NCBI GenBank assembly: GCA_902578495.1
Contig: CACHCY010000001.1
Location: forward strand, 187,975 to 251,974
DNA: 64,000 nt
Direction of reading: 5' to 3'
DNA from: an uncultured SAR86 cluster bacterium
GTDB lineage: Bacteria; Pseudomonadota; Gammaproteobacteria; Magnimaribacterales; AG-339-G14
Shown here: one piece after another, positions 19,552 to 30,214 of the stretch
How the letters are laid out: each line of letters starts with the position of its first letter
Position numbering within the stretch: the first letter of the stretch is position 1
Notes under the pieces: model-generated
The model's input: only the letters and a program-made list of their open reading frames with translations
The model's database searches: none
What the model was told of the DNA's origin: nothing
Program-made: the position numbers and the translations under genes

Positions 19552-19557
19552 GTAAAT

Positions 19558-19644
19558 TGGTGCCGAAGAGAGGATTCGAACCTCCACGGACAGTTGTCCA
19601 CTACCCCCTCAAGATAGCGTGTCTACCAGTTCCACCACTTCGGC
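19558..19644 (-). tRNA. leuU: tRNA-Leu (anticodon GAG), long variable arm
   Basis: The reverse complement GCCGAAGTGGTGGAACTGGTAGACACGCTATCTTGAGGGGGTAG...GGTTCGAATCCTCTCTTCGGCACCA is very similar to E. coli leuU. It lies 2 nt after the secG stop, as in the E. coli secG-leuU operon. Confidence 0.9.
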
Positions 19645-19646
19645 CC

Positions 19647-19961
19647 TTATTCTGGTAATTCTTGAATGATTTCTTCTTCAATCTGTTCAATATTATTTTG
19701 ATCAATAAGAAAATCAAATTCATTATTTATTTCATTTTTTTGAACTATTGATATAGAAATAGTTACAACAAAAAATATTGCTACTAAAACCCAAGTGACT
19801 TTTGTCAATAAATTGGTTGAATCAATGGGGCCAAGCATTGGATTTGAAGAACCGGAACCAAATGCAGAGCCAATATCCGCTCCTTTACCGTGTTGCAACA
19901 AAATTATTCCCACCAATAATATGGCGGAAATCACTTGGAATATAATCAAAAAAAGAATCAT
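19647..19961 (-). CDS. secG: preprotein translocase subunit SecG
   Basis: 104 aa. Two TM segments with LLQHGKGADIGSAFGSG between them. Confidence 0.9.
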   Translation of the reverse strand: MILFLIIFQVISAILLVGIILLQHGKGADIGSAFGSGSSNPMLGPIDSTNLLTKVTWVLVAIFFVVTISISIVQKNEINNEFDFLIDQNNIEQIEEEIIQELPE

Positions 19962-20689
19962 TACTCTAAACTCAGCGCGATATTAGCAAATTCTTTAGGG
20001 TCAAGAGAAGCATTTCCTACTAAAAATCCATCGATATCATCTACTTTGGCAAGATTCTTAGCACTTTCAGAAGTTACGCTGCCACCATAAATCAATGTCA
20101 AATCTGCTCCTAAATTGTCTTTAACTAAATCTTTTATAAGAAGAGAAACCTCTTGTAAATGCTCGTTTTGGACAGCTATTCCAGAACCAATAGCGTAAAT
20201 AGGCTCGTAGGCGATCAAAATTTTATTTGATGTGTTTTGAAGAGGAAATAAATTTTTAGTTAATTGATGTTTTATTTTTTTTTCTGTTCTGCCTTTGGAA
20301 TATTCATCCTGATTTTCACCAATGCATAAAATAGGCATGAGATCACAATCAAAGGCTGTCTGAACTTTATTTAGAATAGTTTCATCGTCTTCGCCTTGAA
20401 GCCTGCTTTCGGAGTGGCCTACTATTGAGTGAGAAACTCCAATGTTTTTAAGCATTTTTCCTGATATTTGACCAGTAAATGCGCCCCCAGTCTCTGAAGA
20501 TAAATTTTGAGCACCGATTAAAATTTTTTTGTGATTTTTTGATGATGTTTTATAAAAATCTTTTATATCCAAATAGTTGGGGCAAATTACTACCTGAATT
20601 TCTTCTGAGATATTATTTAGATCAAAATCTTTCAGCCATGCGTCCAGATTAACAAGATTCATTTTCCAATTTGCAATCAAATGCTTCAT
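19961..20689 (-). CDS. tpiA: triose-phosphate isomerase
   Basis: 242 aa. ANWKMN start, VGHSE(S)R, AYEPIYAIGSG. Confidence 0.9.
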   Translation of the reverse strand: MKHLIANWKMNLVNLDAWLKDFDLNNISEEIQVVICPNYLDIKDFYKTSSKNHKKILIGAQNLSSETGGAFTGQISGKMLKNIGVSHSIVGHSESRLQGEDDETILNKVQTAFDCDLMPILCIGENQDEYSKGRTEKKIKHQLTKNLFPLQNTSNKILIAYEPIYAIGSGIAVQNEHLQEVSLLIKDLVKDNLGADLTLIYGGSVTSESAKNLAKVDDIDGFLVGNASLDPKEFANIALSLE

Positions 20690-22035
20690 GAAATTGATTC
20701 TACAAGATCAGTTAATAAAGCTGAGTGCTCAATAGTCGCTTCTTCAGAATTACTTTCAACCATTATTCTAATCTTGTGTTCTGTTCCAGATTTTCTTATA
20801 AGTACTCTGCCATCAAAAGTTTCTAATAACTCCTCTGATTTTTTTTGAGCTTTCTGCAATTTTTTATTCTTTAAAACTTTATTTCCATCCTTAACTTTTA
20901 CATTGGTAAGAATTTGAGGATATTTTTTAAACTCTGAAAGTAATTCGGGTATTGTTTTATTTAAAACTACAATCGACTGAAGAAACTGAATCGCAGCGAT
21001 TATTCCATCTCCAGTATTTGATTTATCTAGGCAAAGTATATGCCCAGACTGCTCTCCTCCAAGAGTCCAATTAAGTTCATTTAATTTTTGTAAAACATAC
21101 TTATCCCCAACATCTGATCTCACCAACTCAATCCCCTCATCATTAAAAGCTTTTTCTAATCCTTTGTTTGTCATAAGAGTACCAACTACCCCTTTAACTC
21201 CAAGATGGATTTTTGACTCAAATTTATTTTTTGCGATGACATATAAAATATCGTCTCCATCTAATTCTCGACCATTTGAATCAATAATAATTAATCTATC
21301 TCCATCGCCATCAAGAGCAATACCAAAATCTGCATTTTTGCTTAAAACTTCATCTTTTAAAAAATCTATGTTGGTACTTCCACAATCTTTATTAATATTT
21401 AAACCATCCGGACTATCAGCAATCGAATAAACTTCAGCTCCTAACTCTTTAAAAACTTTAGGTGCAACTTCATAGGCGGCGCCATTAGCAGAATCAATAA
21501 CAAGAGTTAAACCTGAAAAAGAGATGTCATCACTTAAAGTATTCTTACAAAATTCAATGTATCTGCCTTTTGCATCACTAATCCTTGCTGCCTTGCCAAG
21601 GTTTTCAGGATGAACGAATTCATAAGCTTCTTCAGCAAATTTCTCAATTTCTCTTTCATCCTCAATTGATAACTTTTCTCCATTTTCATCAAAAAATTTA
21701 ATGCCGTTATCTTCAAATGAATTATGTGAAGCACTGATTACCACTCCAGCATGTCCTTTGAAAGTAGAAACCAGATATGAAATTGCCGGCGTTGGCATAG
21801 GGCCTACTAATCTAACATTTACTCCAGATGAAATAATTCCAGCTTGAAGAGCAGACTCCAGCATGTATCCGGAAATTCTTGTATCTTTTCCGATTACTAA
21901 AGTGTTAATTCCCCTCTTTTTGAAATGTCTTCCTGCAGCATGGCCAAGTTTGAGGACTGACTCTGGATTAACTTCATTATCTATAGATCCCCTTACACCG
22001 TCGGTACCAAAAAATATTAGTTTTCTATCTCTCAT
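20686..22035 (-). CDS. glmM: phosphoglucosamine mutase
   Basis: 449 aa. FGTDGVRG, active-site SASHNSFEDNGIKFF, DGDGDR. Confidence 0.95.
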   Translation of the reverse strand: MRDRKLIFFGTDGVRGSIDNEVNPESVLKLGHAAGRHFKKRGINTLVIGKDTRISGYMLESALQAGIISSGVNVRLVGPMPTPAISYLVSTFKGHAGVVISASHNSFEDNGIKFFDENGEKLSIEDEREIEKFAEEAYEFVHPENLGKAARISDAKGRYIEFCKNTLSDDISFSGLTLVIDSANGAAYEVAPKVFKELGAEVYSIADSPDGLNINKDCGSTNIDFLKDEVLSKNADFGIALDGDGDRLIIIDSNGRELDGDDILYVIAKNKFESKIHLGVKGVVGTLMTNKGLEKAFNDEGIELVRSDVGDKYVLQKLNELNWTLGGEQSGHILCLDKSNTGDGIIAAIQFLQSIVVLNKTIPELLSEFKKYPQILTNVKVKDGNKVLKNKKLQKAQKKSEELLETFDGRVLIRKSGTEHKIRIMVESNSEEATIEHSALLTDLVESIS

Positions 22036-22837
22036 AAATATCTAATTTTTCTAATTCCTCTCGAAGGTGTTTAACTTCATGAGTTCTTATTATATTGCTC
22101 CCGCCTAGAGCACAAATTATACCACTCAGTAAGCTAGCTGATAGTTTAGTTTTTGAGGTATCTTTGAAGAAATCTGCAAAAGATTTCTTCCTTGAAGTTC
22201 CAGTAAGTATTTTCCTATTTTCTTTTTTTAAAAAACTTATATTAGTCATCATAAATATATTCTCCAGGGATGTTTTCCCATAACCAAATCCGGGGTCAAA
22301 AAAACATTTTTTAATATTTATGCCTTTAGAAAGATATGATTTTTCTTTAGCTTGAAAAAAGTTATCCACATCCATAAGAATATTTGATGTCTTTTTTGTT
22401 TTATTTCCATGATGAGTTGTGCATATGAAAAGTTCTTTTTCTTTTGCTAACTTTAACTTCTTTTGAGATATATTCTTTGATACATCGTTTATAAATTTCA
22501 TTCCAAATTTTGAAGCTTCGTAAAGGACTTTATAATCCCTTGAGTCAACAGAAATCATAATATCTTCATCCTTAATTTGTTCTAGTATCGGGATCAATCT
22601 ATCAATTTGGATTTGTGGAGGAATTTTTGTGAATCCTGGCCTTGTAGACTCGGCTCCAAAATCTAGAATATCAGCGCCTTCATTAATAAGTTTTTCAACT
22701 TTTCTAAGAGCTTTTGATAAATCTAATTTGTTACCAGAGAATAGGTGACCACCATCTGAAAATGAGTCAGTAGTTAGATTTATTACCCCCATTAATCTGG
22801 GAGACTCTTTTAAGAGACTCCCAGAAATAGATGACAT
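22025..22837 (-). CDS. folP: dihydropteroate synthase
   Basis: 270 aa. MGVINLTTDSFSDGG, ADILDFGAESTRPG, DPGFGYGK. Confidence 0.9.
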   Translation of the reverse strand: MSSISGSLLKESPRLMGVINLTTDSFSDGGHLFSGNKLDLSKALRKVEKLINEGADILDFGAESTRPGFTKIPPQIQIDRLIPILEQIKDEDIMISVDSRDYKVLYEASKFGMKFINDVSKNISQKKLKLAKEKELFICTTHHGNKTKKTSNILMDVDNFFQAKEKSYLSKGINIKKCFFDPGFGYGKTSLENIFMMTNISFLKKENRKILTGTSRKKSFADFFKDTSKTKLSASLLSGIICALGGSNIIRTHEVKHLREELEKLDIYER

Positions 22838-22838
22838 T

Positions 22839-24743
22839 TTAAGTTTGATTTGCAGGCTCTTCTATTGAAGAACTTTTTTTACCTGTATTCTTTGGCGCAG
22901 AATCGTCGTCTGACTCTCTTCTTGGTTTAGCCCCTGCCATAATATCCTCAATTTGTGATGTATCAAGAGTTTCCAGCTCGACCAAGGACTCAGACATTAA
23001 ATGAAGTTTATCGATATTATCCTTAAGAATTTTGGTTGCTCTTTTGTAACAATCATCAATGATTTTCTTGATCTCTTTATCTATCTTCTCTGCTGTTTGA
23101 TCAGAAATTCCTTTTGGTTGTGAACTAGCAGATCTTCCAAGGAAAGGTTCGTCAGATTCTTCGTCGTATTTCATTGGCCCTATTGCAGTTGATAAACCCC
23201 ATTTTGTAACCATGTTTCTCGCTAAATCTGTAGCTCTTTCAATGTCATTGGATGCGCCAGTTGTAATACCCTTATCCCCATAAATAAGCTCTTCTGCTAT
23301 CCTGCCGCCAAACAACCCGCAAATTCTGTCGAGAATTTCTTGTTTGCTGTTACTATATTTATCCTCTTCAGGAAGAAAGACGGTCACTCCTAAAGCTCTT
23401 CCGCGAGGAATGATAGACACCTTATAAACTGGATCATGCTCTTCAAGCAATTTTCCTACTATTGCATGGCCGGATTCATGATAAGCCGTCTTAATTTTAT
23501 CGGCTTCGCTCATAACCATGGACTTTCTTTCCGCACCCATCATGACTTTGTCTTTAGCCAATTCAAGTTCTTCCATGGTGACTTTCTTTTTTCCTGCTCG
23601 AGCAGAAAATAAAGCTGCTTCGTTGACCAAGTTAGCTAAATCAGCTCCTGAAAATCCTGGAGTACCTCTTGCAATAAAGGATACATCCACATCTTTGTCT
23701 ACTGGAACTTTTCTTATATGTACTTTTAGTATTTGCTCTCTACCTTTGATATCTGGCAAAGGAACGACAACCTGCCTATCAAATCTACCAGGTCTTAAAA
23801 GTGCTGGATCAAGAACATCAGGTCTATTTGTTGCAGCAATGATAATAATTCCTTCATTGGCTTCAAAACCATCCATCTCCACAAGCAATTGATTCAGAGT
23901 TTGTTCTCTTTCATCATGCCCTCCTCCAAGACCCGCACCACGATGCCTTCCAACAGCATCAATTTCATCTATGAATACAATGCAAGGTGATTGTCTTTTT
24001 GCTTGTTCAAACATATCTCTTACTCTAGAAGCACCAACTCCAACAAACATTTCGACAAAGTCAGAACCTGATATTGAGAAAAATGGAACTTTTGCTTCAC
24101 CTGCTATAGCACGAGCTAGTAAAGTTTTTCCCGTTCCTGGCGATCCAACCATTAAAATTCCTCTAGGAATCTTTCCTCCTAATTTTTGAAATTTTGATGG
24201 ATCTCTAAGGAAATCAACTAATTCTTGCACTTCTTCTTTAGCTTCTTCGACACCAGCTACATCTACAAATGTAGTTTTAACTTTGCCGCCTTCAAGAAGT
24301 TTAGCTTTACTTCGACCAAAGCTCATAGGGCCCCCTCTACCGCCCATTCCGCCTTGCATCTGCCTCATAAAAAACATGAAAATTGCAATAATTATTAGAA
24401 TTGGAAAACTTGCAACCAATAATTGAGTCCAAATGCTTTCCTGTTGTGGTTCTTCTCCTAATACTTGAACTCTGTGTTCAAAAAGATCATCCATCAATTG
24501 ATTGTCTTGCACATAGACAGGACGAGTTGTTTTAAATTGAGAGCCATCTTGAAGTGTGCCTTCAAGTGTATATCCATCTCCTTTGAACTCTACAGATGAA
24601 ACTTGATCTGAATTTACAAGAGATACAAACTCAGAATAATTCATCGAAGCAGAAGTTGCGGGGCCTGAAAAACTTTGAATAACAAAAAAGGTAGTACCAG
24701 CAATTGCCAACCAAAGGAAAATATTTCTTAGAAAATCTGACAT
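22839..24743 (-). CDS. ftsH: ATP-dependent zinc metalloprotease FtsH
   Basis: 634 aa. Walker [12 protein letters not shown] region, and Zn site HESGHA. Confidence 0.97.
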   Translation of the reverse strand: MSDFLRNIFLWLAIAGTTFFVIQSFSGPATSASMNYSEFVSLVNSDQVSSVEFKGDGYTLEGTLQDGSQFKTTRPVYVQDNQLMDDLFEHRVQVLGEEPQQESIWTQLLVASFPILIIIAIFMFFMRQMQGGMGGRGGPMSFGRSKAKLLEGGKVKTTFVDVAGVEEAKEEVQELVDFLRDPSKFQKLGGKIPRGILMVGSPGTGKTLLARAIAGEAKVPFFSISGSDFVEMFVGVGASRVRDMFEQAKRQSPCIVFIDEIDAVGRHRGAGLGGGHDEREQTLNQLLVEMDGFEANEGIIIIAATNRPDVLDPALLRPGRFDRQVVVPLPDIKGREQILKVHIRKVPVDKDVDVSFIARGTPGFSGADLANLVNEAALFSARAGKKKVTMEELELAKDKVMMGAERKSMVMSEADKIKTAYHESGHAIVGKLLEEHDPVYKVSIIPRGRALGVTVFLPEEDKYSNSKQEILDRICGLFGGRIAEELIYGDKGITTGASNDIERATDLARNMVTKWGLSTAIGPMKYDEESDEPFLGRSASSQPKGISDQTAEKIDKEIKKIIDDCYKRATKILKDNIDKLHLMSESLVELETLDTSQIEDIMAGAKPRRESDDDSAPKNTGKKSSSIEEPANQT

Positions 24744-24746
24744 AAC

Positions 24747-25319
24747 TTATTTCAATTTATTTAGTGCAATAACATAAATTTCTTTAGATGTTTTTCTTGA
24801 TGCATCTGGCTTATAAAAAGTTACGTTACTGAAGTGGTTTAATAAAGATCTTTTTAGATCATTTTTTGAATTTTCAAAACATTTTGCTATCAAAGAACCT
24901 CCCTTCATCAAAGAGGAGTTGCAGAAATCAACGACATTATTTAATAGTTCAAGCATGTTTTCTTTATCTGTAATAGCTATACCACTTATATTGGGCGCAA
25001 TATCAGAAATTACAACATTAAAATCGAGATTAATATATTTCTTTATATCTTTATCCCTAAAATCAAATTCTATAAATTCAACCCCATTTATCGGTTTCAT
25101 TGGAATGATATCTAAAGCAAATACTTTTCCTGAATTGCCTACTAATTCTTTTGCTACTTGACTCCAGCCGCCTGGAGAACTGCCTAAATCCATCACAGAG
25201 CAACCTTTTTTGAGAAGATTGAATTTGTTATTTATTTGATGAAGCTTAAAGGCTGCTCTCGATCTATATCCCCTAGATTTAGCAAGCTTATTAAAGTGCT
25301 CGCCTCCTGAATATGACAT
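24747..25319 (-). CDS. rlmE: 23S rRNA (uridine2552-2'-O)-methyltransferase
   Basis: 190 aa. GYRSRAAFKL..I, DLGSSPGGWSQV. Position upstream of ftsH. Confidence 0.9.
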   Translation of the reverse strand: MSYSGGEHFNKLAKSRGYRSRAAFKLHQINNKFNLLKKGCSVMDLGSSPGGWSQVAKELVGNSGKVFALDIIPMKPINGVEFIEFDFRDKDIKKYINLDFNVVISDIAPNISGIAITDKENMLELLNNVVDFCNSSLMKGGSLIAKCFENSKNDLKRSLLNHFSNVTFYKPDASRKTSKEIYVIALNKLK

Positions 25320-25796
25320 TTAGATGTGAGAAACCTCTAGGATCTCATACTCTTTGATGCCGGAGGGACTTTCGAATTTTGTAGCTTCTCCTTCTTCTTT
25401 CCCCATGAGAGATCTTGCCAAAGGGGAAGAATAAGATATTTTTCCATTTTTCACGTTTGCTTCATCCTCACCTACAATTTGATAGCTGATTTTTTCATCG
25501 TTTTGCATATCCAAAAGTGAAACCGTAGATCCAAAAATAACCCTTCCTGTGCATTCAATTTTTTTGATGTCTATAATTTGAGATGCACTCAATTTTCCTT
25601 CAATTTCTCTTATCCTCGCTTCGGTAAGACCTTGCTGTTCTTTGGCGGCATGATATTCGGCATTTTCTTTGAGATCGCCAAATTCTCTTGCTTCGGCAAT
25701 TTTTTTGGTAATGTTTGGTCTAACATCTGTAATAAGATGCTGTAATTCCGTTCGAAGGCTTTCTTCTCCTTCGACTGTCATTGGCTCTCTGTTCAA
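25320..25796 (-). CDS. greA: transcription elongation factor GreA
   Basis: 158 aa. [20 protein letters not shown] and [13 protein letters not shown]. Confidence 0.95.
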   Translation of the reverse strand: MNREPMTVEGEESLRTELQHLITDVRPNITKKIAEAREFGDLKENAEYHAAKEQQGLTEARIREIEGKLSASQIIDIKKIECTGRVIFGSTVSLLDMQNDEKISYQIVGEDEANVKNGKISYSSPLARSLMGKEEGEATKFESPSGIKEYEILEVSHI

Positions 25797-25798
25797 TT

Positions 25799-28700
25799 TT
25801 ATTCAATACTTTTATGAATATCTTGAATGTTTTGGACAGACCAATCAAGTCTCTTTTCCAATACTTCGCATATGGCTAAACCGCCTTGCAAAGTTGTCGT
25901 ACATGGAATTTTATTATCTAGAGCAGTTCTTCTGATTGAAGAAGAATCTTGGATAGATTCTTTGCCTTCCGTCGTATTAATTAACAAAGAAATTTCATTG
26001 TTTTTAATTAAATCAACAACATGGGGTCTTCCTTCTGCTACTTTATTTATTATTCTTGCCTTAATCCCCATGTTTTGAATTTCTCTGGCTGTTCCTTTAG
26101 TAGCAACAATGGATAAGTTTAATTGATCTAGTCTTGTTGCTAGCTCTTTAAGATGGGGTTTATCATTCTCTCTAACGCTAAGAAATACCGAACCTCCATC
26201 TGGGATAATTGTTCCGGCTGAGATTTGAGATTTATCATATGCCTCAGCAAATGATGTACCTATACCCATTACCTCTCCAGTGGATTTCATTTCTGGACCT
26301 AAAATGGGATCAACGTTTTGGAATCTATCAAAAGGAAGTACTGCTTCTTTAACCGAGAAATGATTTAAATTTGAAGGATTTTTTATTTTTTGTTGCTTAA
26401 TAGACTTTCCAATCATTGTCTTGGAAGCTATTTTTGCCAAAGGAAGTCCAATAGCCTTGGAAACAAATGGTATTGTCCTTGAAGCTCTGGGGTTAACTTC
26501 TAAGAGAAATATTTCCTCGTTGGCATATGCCATTTGAACGTTCATTAATCCTATAATATCCATCTCCTTTGCAATGACTCTTACTTGTTCCTTGATTATC
26601 TTAATCACTTTGTCTGGAAGACTGTAAGGAGGAAGAGAACAAGCTGAATCGCCTGAATGGATTCCTGCTTGCTCAATGTGTTGCATAACTCCATAAATTT
26701 CAACTTGGCTTCCATCGGATATCGCTTCAATATCCAACTCAGTAGCAATATCTAGAAATCTATCCAAAAGTACGGGGTTAGAATCAGAAGCTTGTATGGC
26801 TTCATCCAGATATTTTTCTAAATCATTATCGTTATGCACAATCTCCATGGCTCTTCCGCCAAGGACATATGAAGGTCTTACAACTATGGGGTAACCTATT
26901 TTATGTGCGATAGATTTAGCTTGAGACTTATTTGAGGCCATCCCATTTGGAGGCTGCTTTAATTTATTTTCATTAACGAATTGTTGAAACCTTTCTCTGT
27001 CCTCTGCAAGGTCTATTTTATCTGGTGAAGTTCCAAGAATTGGTACATTATTTTTTTCAAGCTCTTTTGCTAGTTTTAATGGAGTTTGTCCTCCAAATTG
27101 AATGATTACACCAAAGGGATTTTCTAATTCAATTATTGCAAGAACATCTTCAAGAGTAATTGGTTCAAAATACAATCTATCGGAAGTATCGTAGTCAGTT
27201 GAAACAGTTTCAGGATTACAATTAACCATTATTGTTTCATACCCTTCTTCTTTCATTGCCATTGATGCATGAACGCAGCAGTAATCAAATTCTATGCCCT
27301 GACCGATCCTATTTGGCCCTCCCCCTAGAACAACTACTTTTTTATCTTTAGTTGGGTTTGATTCACATTCGTCTTGATATGTTGAGTACATATAAGCTGT
27401 GGTAGTTTCAAACTCTCCTGCACATGTATCAACTCTCTTAAAGACAGGTTTAATATTTAGTTTTTGTCTTAAAGATCTTATTTTTTCTTCTGACTGAGCT
27501 GAAAGAGCCGCTAAACGCTGATCAGAAAAACCCATTTTTTTGAGATTCAAAAAGAAGCCTCTAGAAGACAAAGACTTTTTATTTATCTTTTTCTCAGTAG
27601 AAATAATCTCCTCAATGATTTGAAGAAACCACTTATCTATTTTGGTTAAATCATGCACTTCATGCAAAGAACTGCCTTGTCTGAAAGCTTCGCCAATGAA
27701 CCAAAGTCTTTCTGGAGAGGGAGATATTAGTTTTGATCTTAAACTAGTCTTTGTTAACTCTTCCTCTATGTTGTCAAAACCAGTCTTTCCGTTCTCCATT
27801 CCTCTAATTGCTTTTTGCAAAGACTCTGCAAAATTACTGCCTATTGCCATCACCTCACCGACAGATTTCATTTGAGAAGTTAGAGTGGAATCTGCTTGAG
27901 GGAATTTTTCAAAATTAAATCTAGGTATTTTAGTAACTACATAATCGATAGTCGGCTCAAAAGAAGCAGGAATTTTTCCTCCACTGATATCGTTATTTAA
28001 TTCGTCCAAGGTAAACCCAACTGCTAATTTTGCTGCAATTTTAGCTATGGGGAATCCTGTTGCTTTCGATGCCAGAGCCGAAGACCTTGAGACTCTTGGA
28101 TTCATCTCAATTACCACCATTTCTCCATCTTCTGGATTTATAGCGAACTGAACATTTGAGCCGCCGGTTTCAACTCCTATTTCTCTGAGAATGGCAAAAG
28201 AAGCATTTCTCATTTCTTGATATTCCTTATCCGTTAATGTTTGTGCAGGTGCAACTGTAATGGAGTCACCAGTGTGCACTCCCATAGGATCGAAGTTTTC
28301 TATGCTACAAATAATTATGCAGTTATCCACTTTATCCCTTACAACCTCCATTTCGTATTCTTTCCAGCCAGAAAGGTACTGGTCTATATATAGCTCAGAA
28401 GTTGGCGATAAATCCAAACCTCTCAAACATATAGATTCGAATTCTTCAGAGTTATAAGCTATTCCGCCGCCCATGCCGCCGAGAGTGAAATTTGGTCGCA
28501 GAATGCAAGGGAAACCAATTTCCTGTTGGATTTTTAGTGCTTCCTCTAGATTATGTGCTAATCCAGCTTTTGGAGTCTTTAAACCTATTTTTTTAATCGA
28601 TTTTGCAAACAGTTCTCTGTCTTCTGCCTTATCGATAGCTTCTTTTGTGGCACCTATCAACTCGACATTATGTTTTTTCAAAATACCCTTTTGATCTAGA

Positions 28701-29002
28701 TCTAAAGCAGTATTTAAGGCTGTTTGTCCTCCCATTGTCGGTAGAAGAGCTGAAGGTTTTTCTTTTTCGATTATCTTTTCTAGTGTCTTCCAATTAATGG
28801 GCTCTATATAGGTTGAGTCAGCAGTCTCAGGATCGGTCATTATTGTTGCAGGATTAGAATTCACCAAAATCACTCTATATCCCTCTTCTCGAAGAGCTTT
28901 GCATGCTTGCACGCCAGAGTAATCAAATTCACATGCCTGACCAATCACAATTGGACCAGCTCCAATAAGCAAAATAGAATCTAAATCATTTCTTTTTGGC
29001 AT
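25799..29002 (-). CDS. carB: carbamoyl-phosphate synthase large subunit
   Basis: 1067 aa. Duplicated ATP-grasp halves ([17 protein letters not shown] / [16 protein letters not shown]) and a C-terminal MGS-like domain. Confidence 0.97.
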   Translation of the reverse strand: MPKRNDLDSILLIGAGPIVIGQACEFDYSGVQACKALREEGYRVILVNSNPATIMTDPETADSTYIEPINWKTLEKIIEKEKPSALLPTMGGQTALNTALDLDQKGILKKHNVELIGATKEAIDKAEDRELFAKSIKKIGLKTPKAGLAHNLEEALKIQQEIGFPCILRPNFTLGGMGGGIAYNSEEFESICLRGLDLSPTSELYIDQYLSGWKEYEMEVVRDKVDNCIIICSIENFDPMGVHTGDSITVAPAQTLTDKEYQEMRNASFAILREIGVETGGSNVQFAINPEDGEMVVIEMNPRVSRSSALASKATGFPIAKIAAKLAVGFTLDELNNDISGGKIPASFEPTIDYVVTKIPRFNFEKFPQADSTLTSQMKSVGEVMAIGSNFAESLQKAIRGMENGKTGFDNIEEELTKTSLRSKLISPSPERLWFIGEAFRQGSSLHEVHDLTKIDKWFLQIIEEIISTEKKINKKSLSSRGFFLNLKKMGFSDQRLAALSAQSEEKIRSLRQKLNIKPVFKRVDTCAGEFETTTAYMYSTYQDECESNPTKDKKVVVLGGGPNRIGQGIEFDYCCVHASMAMKEEGYETIMVNCNPETVSTDYDTSDRLYFEPITLEDVLAIIELENPFGVIIQFGGQTPLKLAKELEKNNVPILGTSPDKIDLAEDRERFQQFVNENKLKQPPNGMASNKSQAKSIAHKIGYPIVVRPSYVLGGRAMEIVHNDNDLEKYLDEAIQASDSNPVLLDRFLDIATELDIEAISDGSQVEIYGVMQHIEQAGIHSGDSACSLPPYSLPDKVIKIIKEQVRVIAKEMDIIGLMNVQMAYANEEIFLLEVNPRASRTIPFVSKAIGLPLAKIASKTMIGKSIKQQKIKNPSNLNHFSVKEAVLPFDRFQNVDPILGPEMKSTGEVMGIGTSFAEAYDKSQISAGTIIPDGGSVFLSVRENDKPHLKELATRLDQLNLSIVATKGTAREIQNMGIKARIINKVAEGRPHVVDLIKNNEISLLINTTEGKESIQDSSSIRRTALDNKIPCTTTLQGGLAICEVLEKRLDWSVQNIQDIHKSIE

Positions 29003-30107
29003 TGCTTTTGACCACTGTTAAAAATTTATCAAATAATTCTTGTATTTCTTGCGGACCGGGACTGGCTTCGGGATGTCCTTGGAAACTGAAGCATCTTTTA
29101 TCGGACGTTTCTATTCCTTGAATGGTTTCATCAAATAAAGAAACGTGGGTAACTTTTACATCCTCAGGAATTGATTTCGAATCAATGGTAAATCCATGAT
29201 TTTGGCTGGTTATGAAAACTCTATTTGAATGCAAGTCTTTAACTGGATGATTAGCGCCATGATGTCCAAACTTCATTTTGATAGTTTTCATTCCCAAAGC
29301 TAATCCTAAAAGTTGATGGCCTAAACAAATGCCGAACATTGGAATTCTTTTAGTCCTAAGTTCCTTAATGCATTCAATTGCATACTTGCAGGGTTCAGGA
29401 TCACCAGGTCCATTAGACAGAAATACTCCGTCGGGCTTCATCGACATAATCTTCGCAGCGGTTGTTTTAGCTGGAACCACAATCACCTGAAATCCTCTAT
29501 CTTTAAGCATTCGTAAAATGTTGTGCTTTACTCCAAAATCGATCGCAACTATTTTTAAATTATTATCATCAAAATCCTTTCTCCAAGAGGATTCTTTCCA
29601 TTCGTATACTTTTTTTGTGGAAACAACTGAGGCGAGATCTTTTCCTCCTAAAGGCACAAACTCTTCAATTAATTTAAGCGCTTTCTTTTTATGATCTTTG
29701 CCGGAAACGATGGCACCTACTTTTGCACCCTCGTTTCTGATTATTCGAGTGACTTTTCTAGTATCAATCCCATAAATACCTGAAATATTTTTTGTCTTTA
29801 GGAAGTTTGATAAATCATCCTGCTTTCTCCAATTGCTTGTAATTGTTGACGGGTCTCTGATGATGACCCCATTACATCCGTTTGAATCGGACTCTAAATC
29901 ATCATCATTAGTTCCTACATTGCCTATGTGAGGGTAAGTAAAATTAATAATTTGATCGGTATAAGATGGATCAGAAATTATTTCCTGATACCCAGACATG
30001 GAAGTATTAAAAACGATTTCTCCGCAAGTATCACCATTTTTTCCAACGGAAAAACCTTCAAAAAATCTTTCGGAATCCAGATATAAATATGCTTTTTTTT
30101 CTGTCAT
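28986..30107 (-). CDS. carA: carbamoyl-phosphate synthase small (glutaminase) subunit
   Basis: 373 aa. GICLGHQLL catalytic Cys and HPE triad region ([11 protein letters not shown]). Confidence 0.95.
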   Translation of the reverse strand: MTEKKAYLYLDSERFFEGFSVGKNGDTCGEIVFNTSMSGYQEIISDPSYTDQIINFTYPHIGNVGTNDDDLESDSNGCNGVIIRDPSTITSNWRKQDDLSNFLKTKNISGIYGIDTRKVTRIIRNEGAKVGAIVSGKDHKKKALKLIEEFVPLGGKDLASVVSTKKVYEWKESSWRKDFDDNNLKIVAIDFGVKHNILRMLKDRGFQVIVVPAKTTAAKIMSMKPDGVFLSNGPGDPEPCKYAIECIKELRTKRIPMFGICLGHQLLGLALGMKTIKMKFGHHGANHPVKDLHSNRVFITSQNHGFTIDSKSIPEDVKVTHVSLFDETIQGIETSDKRCFSFQGHPEASPGPQEIQELFDKFLTVVKSNAKKK

Positions 30108-30113
30108 TTAGGC

Positions 30114-30152
30114 AAAAAAAAACGCGGTACTAAATTTTTAGTCTCGCGTTTT
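30114..30152 (-). terminator. terminator-like hairpin plus U9 tract in the carA 5' leader (candidate attenuator)
   Basis: Minus-strand RNA reads AAAACGCG-AG-ACUAA-AAAU-UUAGU-AC-CGCG, followed by nine U (30122..30114), then GCCUAAAUG (carA start). Confidence 0.4.
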
Positions 30153-30160
30153 ATATGTTT

Positions 30161-30181
30161 TCTAATGCAACTGGCATTAGA
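30161..30181. promoter_or_regulatory. perfect palindrome TCTAATGC-N5-GCATTAGA in the carA/map divergent spacer (candidate operator or leader hairpin)
   Basis: 8-bp arms at 30161..30168 and 30174..30181 are exact reverse complements. A consensus TATAAT follows at 30189..30194, 20 nt before the map ATG. Confidence 0.35.
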
Positions 30182-30214
30182 AGGACACTATAATGAAGAG
30201 TACTTAATAAGTCT

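Noticed and set aside
30155-30193. 12-codon plus-strand ORF (MFSNATGIRRTL) upstream of map as a leader peptide.
   Set aside because: It has no SD and no linked terminator or antiterminator on the plus strand. It ends inside the putative map -10 box and is most likely a chance ORF.
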